In this document: positions 63,487 through 64,000 of the stretch, one piece after another
Layout of the letters: each line of letters starts with the position of its first letter
Numbering within the stretch: the stretch's first letter is position 1
From: Camelus ferus
Taxonomy: Eukaryota
NCBI RefSeq assembly: GCF_009834535.1
Contig: NC_045696.1
Location: 34,288,001 to 34,352,000 of the forward strand
Length of the DNA stretch: 64,000 nt
Direction: 5' to 3'
The notes under the pieces: model-generated
What the model was told of the DNA's origin: nothing
The model's input: only the letters and a program-made list of their open reading frames with translations
The model's database searches: none
Translations under genes and position numbers: made by a program

Positions 63487-64000
63487 TAACATACTCATAA
63501 TGGGAATTTATGGAATAAAATCTTTTTTGAGATAGATGTTTTATTTAAGTAGAAACTGTATATACATTCAATCAGTCGTGGTTATGTACAAACCCCTAGC
63601 CATCAAAAGCCCTAACTTTATAATTATGTGTTTGCCTTATACTATTTTGCTTTTTTGAGGCATTTGTGATATTTTGAAAAGTACATATGATTTTGTTTTC
63701 TAATTACCATAGCATGCAAGATTCCTGACTACTTCATTAATAGCTAAGATCATTTCAGGAAAAGATTAATTTGTCTCATCTTACAAGCAAGGATGACTTA
63801 ATTTTGTGGTACAAGTAACAATGAATAGGTTAGTTGCATATTTTCATAGCTTCTTATTAAATAATGTTTGAAATAATGAGTTCCAGATTTGGAAAGTGGT
63901 CATTTCAACATTCTGTCTACAGATTACCTAGTGCAGCCACTGCAACACAGGACTAATAATTCAAGGCATCTTTTAGCTGTTCTTTAGGATCTTGGCAGTT

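Noticed and set aside
1..64000. CRISPR array, operon or other prokaryote-type system
   Set aside because: The sequence is mammalian, repeat-rich and intron-like, with no dense ORFs or regular repeat-spacer arrays.

Overview
Mammalian genomic DNA, AT-rich and dense in repeats. It is most likely camelid (alpaca/camel), judged from three tRNA-derived Vic-1-type SINEs. No intact protein-coding gene can be named. The main landmark is a CpG-island promoter at ~55.4-56.1 kb. It carries a non-coding first exon of a + strand gene (donor at 55695/55696). Pointing away from it on the - strand is a chain of exon-like segments from ~55 kb down to the window start. They have canonical splice sites and often compatible phases, but several carry stops or a frameshift, which suggests a decayed multi-exon gene sharing a bidirectional promoter. 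The rest is mobile DNA: several LINE-1s, an ERVL-class provirus relic (RT/RNaseH/integrase, possible env remnant, 3' LTR), MaLR/MER21/MER41-like solo LTRs, a Tigger-type MITE, and L2/MIR relics. The LINE-1s include a young twin-primed 5'-inverted copy with an exact 15-bp TSD, a ~70-bp sister insertion, and an internally deleted copy that keeps both ends. A 34-nt U2 snRNA 5' retrofragment is nested in one L1, and there are several perfect fold-back palindromes. I found no CRISPR array or prokaryote-type system. Repeat family names come from memory of consensus sequences, not from a database search.
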